A DNA stretch of 64,000 nucleotides from assembly GCA_965655095.1 (NCBI GenBank), contig OZ296651.1:50840001-50904000 (forward strand). The letters are read 5' to 3'. The number at the start of each line of letters is the position of its first letter. Position 1 is the first letter of the stretch. Of this stretch, positions 26,640-37,724 are shown one piece after another. Source of the DNA: Haplodiscus bocki (taxonomy: Eukaryota). Both the position numbers and the translations under genes were made by a program. The notes below the pieces were generated by a model. It had not been told where the DNA came from and did no database searches. It saw nothing but the letters and a program-made list of their open reading frames with translations.

Positions 26640-26975
26640 CCTAATCGAAGATTCGCAAATGGCCCATTCATCAGAGCTGCATAATTGTGTGTCGAACATT
26701 TGTGCCAGTTCACCCTCTGCACTTAGGGTCCATTCGTCGATAGAGGTCAAGTTTTCATCCAGAGAATGGAATTTTTCCAAATCATTCCGTAGGGCCAAAA
26801 GTTGCGATTTCGACTTCTCCAGAAGTTTCGCGTGGCTATCCTTCAGATTGTTTATCTTCTGATTAGTCGACAGTTCGAACTCGGGAAACGTTTTGTGATT
26901 TTCCATTAAATGATTTCCTGCCGATGAAATTTCCGAAAGCTCTGTTTCGTAGTCCGATATTGATACATGCAAAAC
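26640..26975 (-). CDS. Exon of spectrin-repeat gene (phase 0 to 0): VLHVSISDYETELSEISSAGNHL...LTSIDEWTLSAEGEL...SSIR
   Basis: tctgcacag acceptor and AGG|gtaagt donor; 336 bp; spectrin-repeat pattern (G-x-x-L in helix B; F...L..I..W...AE..L in helix A). Confidence 0.85.
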
Positions 26976-27074
26976 CTGTGCAGAAAGCAACCATGTTAAT
27001 CATCTCTCAAGTGGTACCAAGTTACTTATACATCCCAGTTAATTTTACTCGGTTGAAGAAAAACGGAAATTCTT

Positions 27075-27530
27075 AGGGTCTTTTCCGTTATCCCCCCCCC
27101 CCCAGCCCAACAGACAAAATTATTACCCCACCCCCCTCCTAGCTGATGCTCAGCTCGCAGTATGGTTCAAGTTTCTGTTTAATAAATCTATTGCAAATAC
27201 ATGTTTGTTTACTTTAAGCAGTCAGCTGCTTGGAAGGTACTTGAGATTTGTGAAATGTGTGCACTGTCTACTGACTCGCAAAAGACGTATTCAGTGAATA
27301 CACTGGTAGCAGCAGCTACAGCTTCGACTGGGGGGGGGGGGGGGAGGAGGAGGGGGAATAATCCGCTGGGGGGAAATAACGGAAAAGACCCCTTTTCCGT
27401 TACACCCCCCCCCCTCCAGCCCTACTGACAAAATTATTATTTCCACCCCTAACTGAGCTCATCTGAACAGCATGGTTCAAGATTCTGTTTCAATAAAAGT
27501 TATAGCAGCTGTGTATTTACTTTAACTGCC
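27075..27530. repeat. Two related ~130-bp blocks (ttttccgtta.acccccc...gacaaaattatta...tggttcaag.ttctgttt) 312 bp apart
   Basis: Similarity between 27081-27220 and 27393-27525. The second block is preceded by an inverted ggggg..taacggaaaag arm. Confidence 0.55.
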
Positions 27531-28605
27531 TTCAGTAGGTTTCAGGAAATTTCACCCCACAGACATCTCACCCCAGGACATTTAACCCCGTATAAATTGA
27601 GTCCACAATTTTTTCATTGAGGCCTTTAAATAACAAAATTACACGAAATTTATTTAAAATTGTCCAAAAATGACCATTTCTAACTTTTGCTGTATTGGTC
27701 GCAAAGTTTTGAAACAAAAACGATTGCAAACAAGATAAAAATCTAAGAAATTTTTTTCTCTACCAAAAGTAACCATGTCGAATAGCTACAGAGATATTGA
27801 TACCTAAAGTTGATCAACTTAAGCATAGGAGCTCCATTCTTACTACTGTAGTTGTTGGAAAGAGTAAAACCACTAGTGAATTGAAGTATTCGAGTGCTCA
27901 ATTCATTTCATTTTCGCTTACAATGCACAAAATTGACGTTAACAATTACCACGGTCAAAATAAAATTGCATTTTTGTATTTTGGACATCACGCTTTAGGA
28001 AACAATTCACTTTGCTCCTCAAGTGCGAAAGAAATTAATACTACTTTAATTTGATTTACCAGGGACGCTCACAGAGCGGTCCCCACACGAAGAAATTATG
28101 CGTCCGAGTTACCCCATTCAGGATAATCGCAGGGGTCAGCCAGACACTTAGTGCAATGTGAAGGCCTTACCCTGGGCAATCGTGCTGCTTGATCCACGAT
28201 AAACCGACGCCAGGTTAGTATGATTCTTTCTCATCGAAGAACGTATGGTTAACATCTGAATGACATTCAACGCTCAGCTTTCCCCTATTCATTTTCAAAA
28301 TAGTTCAAAATCAACCTCGCAATAATTAACGTTCACATTTTATCAATGGATATAGCGTTATTCTAATGTCACACTGTGGATTATTTTCCCGATAACCCAA
28401 GAAGACTGCAGCGTACACAGCCGCAATGCAAAAGAATAAAGCTGACTACGTTAGCATAATTTGCTTTCAAAGTAACACACGAAAGAAATTCACGCTGCAT
28501 TTAATGACGTCAGATTGAATAGAGCACGTTCACCATGCAAATGAACGCACGCTGTTTGAAATAAACAAATCAATTCGGTTCGTTCACGTTAAGAAAGAAT
28601 CTAAC

Positions 28606-28803
28606 TTGCATTTTCTCCAACTGCTGTTTGATTTCGTCACTGGAATCGACGGCATCCTCATTCTGATCCAAATTGTCGACCGATTTCTTGGTTTCCAAAT
28701 TTAGTTTGCGAGACATATTCAGCAACCATTTCTCTCCATCTTGAACCAAGGAAAGAAATTGGCTGTGTTGATTCAGAAGCAATTCCTGCTTGCTCGCATT
28801 TTC
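28606..28803 (-). CDS. Exon of spectrin-repeat gene (phase 0 to 0): ENASKQELLLNQHSQFLSLVQDGEKWLLNMSRKL...QLEKMQ
   Basis: ttttgtag acceptor and CAA|gttaga donor; 198 bp; F......W-L helix-A signature. It is an internal exon, so upstream exons lie further right. Confidence 0.82.
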
Positions 28804-29950
28804 CTACAAAATTTTTTTCTTGTTAATTCAAAGCAATCAGTGATGAACATTATATATTTGAAGGCTATGGGAAAAAAGTCCCTGACAATTACAGTGGCCT
28901 GTGCTTTTTGTATTTTAAGATCGAAATCGACGAAACTCTACGGTTTAAATTCTGGAAGGGCAACCTAAAGCCCGAAAATGTTCCATATTACATAAAAAAT
29001 ACAAAAAATCACAAAACCAAAAATCCCAATTCAAATTCTGGATCTTTTCTGTTCACCTCCTAACCGGTAGTAATAATAATATTTATCTCCCTAAACCTAC
29101 GCAGTAGCGAACTCGTCTCTGATTGGCTAAAATTCACTCGCACGCGAGTTAAAACACCGCTTATTTCGCATATTAATCATGGTAAGAGTTGAGACTCAAT
29201 CTTTTTCATATTTCCTATGCTCTCAACTGTGCAAACTTTTTTACCAGTGGATTCGCAAACCCTCCTGTTAAATAAAGGAGTGTTTTTACCATTTCCCCCA
29301 AATGCTATTTCTTTATTTTTCAATTGTAATTTTCAATAAAATGGATTATTTTTGGCAATGTTATTGAGCATTTCTTCAAATATGTGAAAAACTTTCGGGA
29401 ATCTTTTTGTTATTCATTTAAAGATCAAATTAGAGGGACAGAAAGAAATTCCAACAAACGTTAACATTTGGGAACCTTTTCTCTTTGGCCCACACATTGC
29501 CAAATTTTAATTCAAATGGATAACAAAAAGATTCGGAAGGTTTTTCACTTATTTGAAATGAATCTGGTAAAAAAATAATTCATTGTAATGAGAATTACAT
29601 AGAAAAATTTGTTTTTGAATAAACGTGGGGAAAGTGGTTCAACGTATTTTTCAAGCTATCACGTAGAATCTGATCAAAGCGGTGCTTGAAATTCAGCGGT
29701 TGCTTTTAGACATTTTATTCGGGAATGTGAGTTTTGGTTGTTGGTGTTTGTCGTCTTCAAATATTAGAGGCAAGTTGTCGCAGAAAAAAATCAAAAAACT
29801 ACGCCTACCAAAAAATGACCAAAATTAAAAGATGCAAGATGTTCTTAGTGTCAAGCTAAAAATTCGATGTTGGTTGCTCATGCAAGATGTTCGTAATTCT
29901 GTTCATAACAGAAGATACGTTTATGAAGTCAGCTGAATTCGTTTTATTCT

Positions 29951-30244
29951 GTCGGGAGCGGTGGTGTGGTCCTGTAGGGCTAACTACTTGGGAGACAGAG
30001 GTTGTAGGATCGGTTCTTACAGTGGGTGCCTGTTCTTTGGTGATCTGTGTTGAACTGGTGTCCACACTAAGCTCTATGTCAATATGGATGCGCTGTGCAA
30101 GTGGCATGTCCAGGTTGGACAATGAGAGGCGAATCAGCTCAGGGTGTAAACACAGCAAGCAAAAGTCTCCGCACGGAGTGGTAGTTGGATAGCACTATTG
30201 AGTGGGCACCCTAGGATAGCCACTGTAAGATTAGAGACTCAATC
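29951..30244 (+). ncRNA. 7SL: 7SL (SRP) RNA, copy 1 (helix-8 loop variant GTG-TAAA-CAC)
   Basis: Alu domain GTCGGG..GGTGG..CCTGTAG; GGTGTCCACACTAAG..TCAATATGG; CCAGGTTG; helix 8; GAGAC 3' end followed by T8. Confidence 0.85.
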
Positions 30245-30984
30245 TTTTTTTTAGTAAAGTACATTTTTCCTATGCTCTCAACTGTGCAAACTACTTTACC
30301 AGTGGACTCGCAAATCCTCCTGCTGATTAGAGGAGTGCTTTTACCATTTCACCCACATGTTAATTCTTTATTTTTCAATTGTAATTTTGAGTATAATGGA
30401 TTATTTTTGGCAATGTTATTGAGCATTGTTATTGAGCAAATATGTGAAAAACTCGGGAATCATTTTGCTATTCATTTAAAGATCAAATTAGAGGGATAGA
30501 AAGAAATTCCAACAAACGTTAACATTTGGGAACCTTTTCTCTTTGGCCCACACATTGCCGAATCTTAATTCAAATGGATAACAAAAAGATTCTGAAGGTT
30601 TTTCACATAATTGAAATGTTGAACAATGTTGCCATACATAATCCATTGTAATGAGAATTACATTTAAAAATTTGATTTTGAATAAACGTGGGGAAAGTGA
30701 GTTAACATATTTGTCAAGCTATCATGTAGAATCTAATCAAAGCTGTGCTTCAAAATTCAACTGTTGCTTTTAGACATTTTATTCGGGAATGTGAGTTTTG
30801 GTTGTTGGTGTTTGTCGTTTTCAAATATTAGGGGCAAGTTGTCGCAGAAAAAAAATCAAAAAACTACGCGTAACAAAAAAAGACCAAAATTAAAAGATGC
30901 AAGATGTTCTTAGTCTCAAGCTAAAACTTCGATGTTGGTTGCTAATGCAAGATGTTCGTATTTTTGTTCATAACAGAAGATACT

Positions 30985-30993
30985 TCTATAAAG
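30985..30993 (+). promoter_or_regulatory. TATA-like element at about -30 of 7SL (TATAAA in copies 2 and 5; TTTATGAA in the others)
   Basis: Ends ~23 nt upstream of the first G of the RNA in every unit. Confidence 0.45.
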
Positions 30994-31015
30994 TCAGCTG
31001 AATTCGTTTCATGCT

Positions 31016-31309
31016 GTCGGGATCGGTGGTGTGGTCCTGTAGTCATAACTACTTGGGAGACATTGGTTGTACGATCGGTTCTTACAGTGGGTGCCTGTTC
31101 TTTGGTGATCTGTGTTGAACTGGTGTCCACACTAAGCTCTATGTCAATATGGATGCGCTGTGCAAGTGGCATGTCCAGGTTGGACAATGAGAGGCGAATC
31201 AGCTCAGGGTGGAAACACAGCAGGCAAAAGTCGCCGCACGGAGTGGTAGTTGGATAGCACTAGTGAGTGGGCACCCTAGGATAGCCACTGTACGATTAGA
31301 GACTCAATC
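31016..31309 (+). ncRNA. 7SL: 7SL RNA, copy 2 (canonical helix 8; TATAAA upstream)
   Basis: CAGG-GTG-GAAA-CAC-AGCAG SRP54 motif; 294 nt; T8 terminator. Confidence 0.9.
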
Positions 31310-31317
31310 TTTTTTTT
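31310..31317 (+). terminator. RNA polymerase III oligo-T terminator (representative; one per unit)
   Basis: T8 immediately after the 7SL 3' end GAGACTCAATC. Confidence 0.8.
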
Positions 31318-31411
31318 ATTAAAGTACATTTTTCCTATGCTCTCAGCTGTGCAAACTACTTTACCAGTGGATTCGCAAATCCTCCTGCTGATTAGAGGAG
31401 TGCTTTTACCA

Positions 31412-31758
31412 TTTCCCCCACATGGTAATTCTTTATTTTTCAATTGTAATTTTGAGTATATTGGACTATTTTTGGCAATGTTATTGAGCGATTCTTCAAA
31501 TATGCGAAAAACTATCGGGAATCTTTTTGCTATTCATTTAGAGCTCAAATTAGAGGGATAGGAAGAAATTCCAACAAACGCTAACATTTGGGAGCCTTTT
31601 CTCTTTGGCCCACACATTGCCAAATCCTAATTCAAATGGATAACAAAAAGATTCTGAAGGTTTTTCACATAATTGAATTGTTGAACAATGTTGCCAGAAA
31701 TAATCCATTGTAATGAGAATTACATTTAAAAATTTGGTTTTGAATAAATGTGGGGAAA
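31412..31758. repeat. ~350-bp imperfect inverted repeat in the spacer (representative; one per unit)
   Basis: Arm 1 tttcccccac...tattcattta (~135 bp) is the reverse complement of arm 2 caaatggata...gtggggaaa, with a ~70-bp centre. Confidence 0.85.
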
Positions 31759-32077
31759 GTGTGTTAACATATTTGTCAAGCTATCATGTAGAATCTAATC
31801 AAAGCGGTGCTTCAAAATTCAACGGTTGCTTTTAGACATTTTATTCGGGAATGTTAGTTTTGGTTGTTGGTGTTTGTCGTCTTCAAATATTAGGGGCAAG
31901 TTGTGGCAGAAAAAAAACCAAAAAACTAAGCGTACCAAAAAATGACCAAAATTAAAAGATGCAAGATGTTCTTAGTGTCAAGCTGAAAATTCGATGTTGG
32001 TTGCTAATGCAAGATGTTCGTATTTTTGTTCATAATAGAAGATACGTTTATGAAGTCAGCTGAATTCGTTTAAGGCT

Positions 32078-32371
32078 GTCGGGATCGGTGGTGTGGTACT
32101 GTAGTCCTAACTACTAGGGAATCTTAGATTGCAGGATCGGTTCTTACAGTGGGTCCCTGTTCTTTGGTGATCTGTGTTGAACTGGTGTCCACACTAAGCT
32201 CTATGTCAATATGGATGTGCTGTGCAAGTGGCATGTCCAGGTTGGATAATGAGAGGAGAATCGGCTCAGGGTGGAAACACAGCAGGCAAAAGTCTCCGCA
32301 CGGAGTGGTAGTTGGATAGCACTAGTGAGTGGGCACCCTAGGATAGCCACTGTACGATTAGAGACTCAATC
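32078..32371 (+). ncRNA. 7SL: 7SL RNA, copy 3
   Basis: Same motifs, canonical helix 8, T8 terminator. Confidence 0.88.
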
Positions 32372-33139
32372 TTTTTTTTATTAAAGTACATTTTTCCTAT
32401 GCTCTCAGCTGTGCAAACTACTTTACCAGTGGATTCGCAAATCCTCCTGCTGATTAGAGGAGTGCTTTTACCATTTCCCCCACATGGTAATTCTTTATTT
32501 TTCAATTGTAATTTTGAGTATATTGGACTATTTTTGGCAATGTTATTGAGCAATTCTTCAAATATGCGAAAAACTATCGGGAATCTTTTTGCTATTCATA
32601 TAGAGCTCAAATTAGAGGGATAGGAAGAAATTCCAACAAACGCTAACATTTGGGAGCCTTTTCTCTTTGGCCCACACATTGCCAAATCCTAATTCAAATG
32701 GATAACAAAAAGATTCTGAAGGTTTTTCACATAATTGAATTGTAGAACAATGTTGCCAGAAATAATCCATTGTAATGAGAATTACATTTAAAAATTTGGT
32801 TTTGAATAAATGTGGGGAAAGTGTGTTAACATATTTGTCAAGCTATCATGTAGAATCTAATCAAAGCGGTGCTTCAAAATTCAACGGTTGCTTTTAGACA
32901 TTTTATTCGGGAATGTTAGTTTTGGTTGTTGGTGTTTGTCGTCTTCAAATATTAGGGGCAAGTTGTGGCAGAAAAAAAACCAAAAAACTAAGCGTACCAA
33001 AAAATGACCAAAATTAAAAGATGCAAGATGTTCTTAGTGTCAAGCTGAAAATTCGATGTTGGTTGCTAATGCAAGATGTTCGTATTTTTGTTCATAATAG
33101 AAGATACGTTTATGAAGTCAGCTGAATTCGTTTAAGGCT

Positions 33140-33478
33140 GTCGGGATCGGTGGTGTGGTACTGTAGTCCTAACTACTAGGGAATCTTAGATTGCAGGATC
33201 GGTTCTTACAGTGGGTCCCTGTTCTTTGGTGATCTGTGTTGAACTGGTGTCCACACTAAGCTCTATGTCAATATGGATGTGCTGTGCAAGTGACATGTCA
33301 AGGTTGGATAATGAGAGGCGAATCGGCTCAGTGCGGAAACTTAGCAGGCAAAAGTCTTCGCACGGAGTGGTAGTTGGATAGCACTAGTGAGTGGGCACCC
33401 TAGGATAGCCACTGTAAGATTGAGTCTCTAATCTAAGGAAAAATGTACTTTAATAAAAAAAAGATTGAGTCTCTAATC
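33140..33478 (+). ncRNA. 7SL: 7SL RNA variant, copy 4 (mutated helix 8; 3' fold-back extension)
   Basis: Helix 8 reads CAGTGCGGAAACTTAGCAG; first T-run displaced ~45 nt. Confidence 0.75.
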
Positions 33479-34249
33479 TTTTTTTTATTAAAGTACATTT
33501 TTCCTATGCTCTCAACTGTGCAAACTACTTTACCAGTGGATTCGCAAATCCCCCTGTTGATTAGAGGAGTGCTTTTACCATTTCACCCACATGTTAATTC
33601 TTTATTTTTCAATTGTAATTTTGAGTATAATGGATTATTTTTGGCAATGTTATTGAGCATTGTTATTGAGCAAATATGTGAAAAACTCGGGAATCTTTTT
33701 GTTATTCATTTAAAGATCAAATTAGAGGGACAGAAAGAAATTCCAACAAACGTTAACATTTGGGAACCTTTTCTCTTTGGCCCACACATTGCCAAATCTT
33801 AATTCAAATGGATAACTAAAAGATTCTGAAGGTTTTTCACATAATTGAAATGTTGAACAATGTTGCCAGAAATAATCCATTGTAATGAGAATTACATTTA
33901 AAAATTTGGTTGTGAATAAACGTGGGGAAAGTGAGTTAACATTTTTGTCAAGCTATCATGTAGAATCTAATCAAAGCGGTGCTTCAAAATTCAACGGTTG
34001 CTTTTAGACATTTTATTCGGGAATCTGAGTTTTGGTTGTTGGTGTTTGTCGTCATCAAATATTAGGGGCAAGTTGTCGCAGAAAAAAAATCAAAAAACTA
34101 CGCGTACCAAAAAAAGACCAAAATTAAAAGATGCAAGATGTTCTTAGTCTCAAGCTAAAACTTCGATGTTGGTTGCTAATGCAAGATGTTCGTATTTTTG
34201 TTCATAACAGAAGATACTTCTATAAAGTCAGATGAATTCATTTCATGCT

Positions 34250-34543
34250 GTCGGGATCGGTGGTGTGGTCCTGTAGTCATAACTACTTGGGAGACATTGG
34301 TTGTACGATCGGTTCTTACAGTGGGTCCCTGTTCTTTGGTGATCTGTGTTGAACTGGTGTCCACACTAAGCTGTATGTCAATATGGATGTGCTGTGCAAG
34401 TGGCATGTCTAGGTTGGATAATGAGAGGCGAATCGGCTCAGGGTGGAAACACAGCAGGCAAAAGTCTCCGCACGGAGTGGTAGTTGGATAGCACTATTGA
34501 GTGGGCACCCTAAGATAGCCACTGTAAGATTAGAGACTCAATC
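34250..34543 (+). ncRNA. 7SL: 7SL RNA, copy 5 (canonical helix 8; TATAAA upstream)
   Basis: Same motifs, T7 terminator. Confidence 0.9.
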
Positions 34544-35308
34544 TTTTTTTAGTAAAGTACATTTTTCCTATGCTCTCAGCTGTGCAAACTACTTTGCCAG
34601 TGGATTCGCAATTCCTCCTGCTGATTAGAGGAGTGCTTTTACCCTTTCCCCCACATGGTAATTCTGTATTTTTCAATTGTAATTTTGAGTATAATGGACT
34701 ATTTTTGGCAATGTTATTGAGCATTTCTTCAAATATGCGAAAAACTATCGGGAATCTTTTTGCTATTGATTTAAAGCTCAAATTAGAGGGATAGGAAGAA
34801 GTTCCAACAAACGCTAACATTTGGGAGCCTTTTCTCTTTGGCCCACACATTGCCAAATCTTAATTCAAATGGATAACTAAAAGATTCTGAAGGTTTTTCA
34901 CATAATTGAAATGTTGAACAATGTTGCCAGAAATAATCCATTGTAATGAGAAATATAATTAAAAATTTGGTTTTGAATAAACGTGGAGAAAGTGAGTTAA
35001 CATATTTGTCAAGCTATCATGTAGAATCTAACCAAAGCGGTGCTTCAAAATTCAACGGTTGCTTTTAGACATTTTATTCGGGAATGTGAGTTTTGGTTGT
35101 TGGTGTGTCGTCTTCAAATATTAGGGGCAAGTTGTCGCAGAAAATAAATCAAAAAACTACGCCTACCAAAAAATGACCAAAATTAAAAGATGCAAGATGT
35201 TCTTAGTGTCAAGCTAAAAATTCGATGTTGGTTGCTAATGCAAGATGTTCGTATTTTTGTTCATAATAGAAGATACGTTTATGAAGTCAGCTGAATTCGT
35301 TTAAGGCT

Positions 35309-35602
35309 GTCGGGATCGGTGGTGTGGCACTGTAGTCCTAACTACTTGGGAAACTTAGGTTGTAGGATCGGTTCTTACAGTGGGTCCCTGTTCTTTGGTG
35401 ATCTGTGTTGAACTGGTGTCCGCACTATGCTCTATGTCAATAAGGATGTGCTGTGCAAGTGACATGTCCAGGTTGGATAATGAGAGGCGAATCGGCGCAG
35501 TGCGGAAACTCAGCAGGCAAAAGTCTTCGCACGGAGTGGTAGTTGGATAGCACTAGTGAGTGGGCACCCTAGGATAGCCACTGTAAGATTAGAGACTCAA
35601 TC
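35309..35602 (+). ncRNA. 7SL: 7SL RNA variant, copy 6 (mutated helix 8, normal 3' end)
   Basis: Helix 8 reads CAGTGCGGAAACTCAGCAG. Confidence 0.78.
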
Positions 35603-36369
35603 TGTTTTTATTAAAGTACATTTCTCCTATGCTCTCAACTGTGCAAACTACTTCACCAGTCGATTCGCAAATCCTCCTGCTGAGTAGAGGAGTGCTTTTA
35701 CCATTTCCCCCACATGTTAATTCTTTATTTTTCAATTGTAATTTTGAGTATAGTGGATTATTTTTGGCAATGTTATTGAGCATTTCTTCAAATATGTGAA
35801 AAACTTTCGGGAATCATTTTGCTATTCATTTAAAGATCAAATTAGAGGGATCGAAAGAAGTTCCAACAAACGTTAACATTTGGGAACCTTTTCTCTTTGG
35901 CCCACACATTGCCAAATCTTAATTCAAATGGATAACAAAAAGATTCTGAAGGTTTTTCACATAATTGAAATGTTGAACAATGTTGCCAGAAATAATCCAT
36001 TGTATTGAGAATTACCTTTAAAAATTTGGTTTTGAATAAATGTGGGGAAAGTGAGTTAACATATTTGTCAAGCTACCATGTAGAATCTAATCAAAGCGGT
36101 GCTTCAAAATTCAACGGTTGCTTTTAGACATTTTATTCGGGAATGTGAGTTTTGGTTGTTGGTGTTTGTCGTCTTCAATTATTAGGGGCAAGTTGCCGCA
36201 GAAAAAAAATCAAAAAACTAAACGTACCAAAAAATGACCAAAATTAAAAGATGCAAGATGTTCTTAGTGTCAAGCTAAAACTTCGATGTTGGTTGCTAAT
36301 GCAAGATGTTCGTTTTTTTGTTCATAACAGAAGATACGTTTATGAAGTCAGCTGAATTCGTTTTATGCT

Positions 36370-36663
36370 GTCGGGATCGGTGGTTGGGTCCTGTAGTCCT
36401 AACTACTCGGGAGACATAGGTTGTAGGATCATTTCATACAGTGGGTCCCTGTTCTTTGGTGATCTGTGTTGAACCGGTGTCCACACTAAGCTCTATGTCA
36501 ATATGGATGTGCTGTGCAAGTGGCATGTCCAGGTTGGATAATGAGAGGCGAATCGGCTCAGGGTGGAAACACAGCAGGCAAAAGTCTCCGCACGGAGTGG
36601 TAGTTGGATAGCACTAGTGAGTGGGCACCCTAGGATAGCCACTGTACGATTAGAGACTCAATC
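36370..36663 (+). ncRNA. 7SL: 7SL RNA, copy 7
   Basis: CCTGTAGTCCTAACTACTCGGGAG Alu motif, canonical helix 8, T5. Confidence 0.9.
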
Positions 36664-37430
36664 TTTTTCTATTAAAGTACATTTTTCCTATGCTCTCAGC
36701 TGTGCAAACTACTTTGCCAGTGGACTTGCAAATCCTCCTGCTGATTAGAGGAGTGCTTTTACCATTTCACCCACATGTTAATTCTTTATTTTTCAATTGT
36801 AATTTTGAGTATAATGGATTATTTTTGGCAATGTTATTGAGCATTTCTTCAAATATGTGAAAAACTTTCGGGAATCATTTTGCTATTCATTTAAAGATCA
36901 AATTAGAGGGATAGAAAGAAGTTCCAACAAACGTTAACATTTGGGAACCTTTTCTCTTTGGCCCAAACATTGCCAAATCTTAATTCAAATGGATAACAAA
37001 AAGATTCTGAAGGTTTTTCACATATTTGAAATGTTGAACAATGTTGCCAGAAATAATCCATTGTAATGAGAATTACCCTTAAAAATTTGGTTTTGAATAA
37101 ACGTGGGGAAAGTGAGTTAACATATTTGTCAAGCTACCATGTAGAATCTAATCAAAGCGGTGCTTCAAAATTCAACGGTTGCTTTTAGACATTTTATTCG
37201 GGAATGTGAGTTTTCGTTGTTGGTGTTTGTCGTCTTCAATTATTAGGGGCAAGTTGCCGCAGAAAAAAAATCAAAAAACTACGCGTACCAAAAAAGGACC
37301 AAAATTAAAAGATGCCAGATGTTCTGAGTGTCAAGCTAAAACTTCGATGTTGGTTGCTAATGCAAGATGTTCGTATTTTTGTTCATAACAGAAGATACGT
37401 TTATGAAGTCAGCTGAATTCGTTTTATGCT

Positions 37431-37724
37431 GTCGGGATCGGTGGTGTGGTCCTGTAGTCCTAACTACTTGGGAGACATAGGTTGTAGGATCATTTCTTAC
37501 AGTGGGTCCCTGTTCTTTGGTGATCTGTGTTGAACCGGTGTCCACACTAAGCTCTATGTCAATATGGATGTGCTGTGCAAGTGGCATGTCCAGGTTGGAT
37601 AATGAGAGGCGAATCGGCTCAGGGTGGAAACACAGCAGGCAAAAGTCGCCGCACGGAGTGGTAGTTGGATAGCACTAGTGAGTGGGCACCCTAGGATAGC
37701 CACTGTACGATTAGAGACTCAATC
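37431..37724 (+). ncRNA. 7SL: 7SL RNA, copy 8
   Basis: Canonical motifs, T5. Confidence 0.9.

Noticed and set aside
30015-30230. TA-CAGTGG...CCACTG-TA resembling a Tc1/mariner MITE, or paired splice signals
   Set aside because: The 11-bp inverted match TCTTACAGTGG/CCACTGTAAGA is better explained as helix 5 of the 7SL RNA. The putative exon has stops in all frames.
31368-31402. GGATTCGCAAATCC hairpin downstream of 7SL as a tRNA T-arm or B box of a second Pol III gene
   Set aside because: No cloverleaf or A box, and the match to GTTCRANNC is imperfect.
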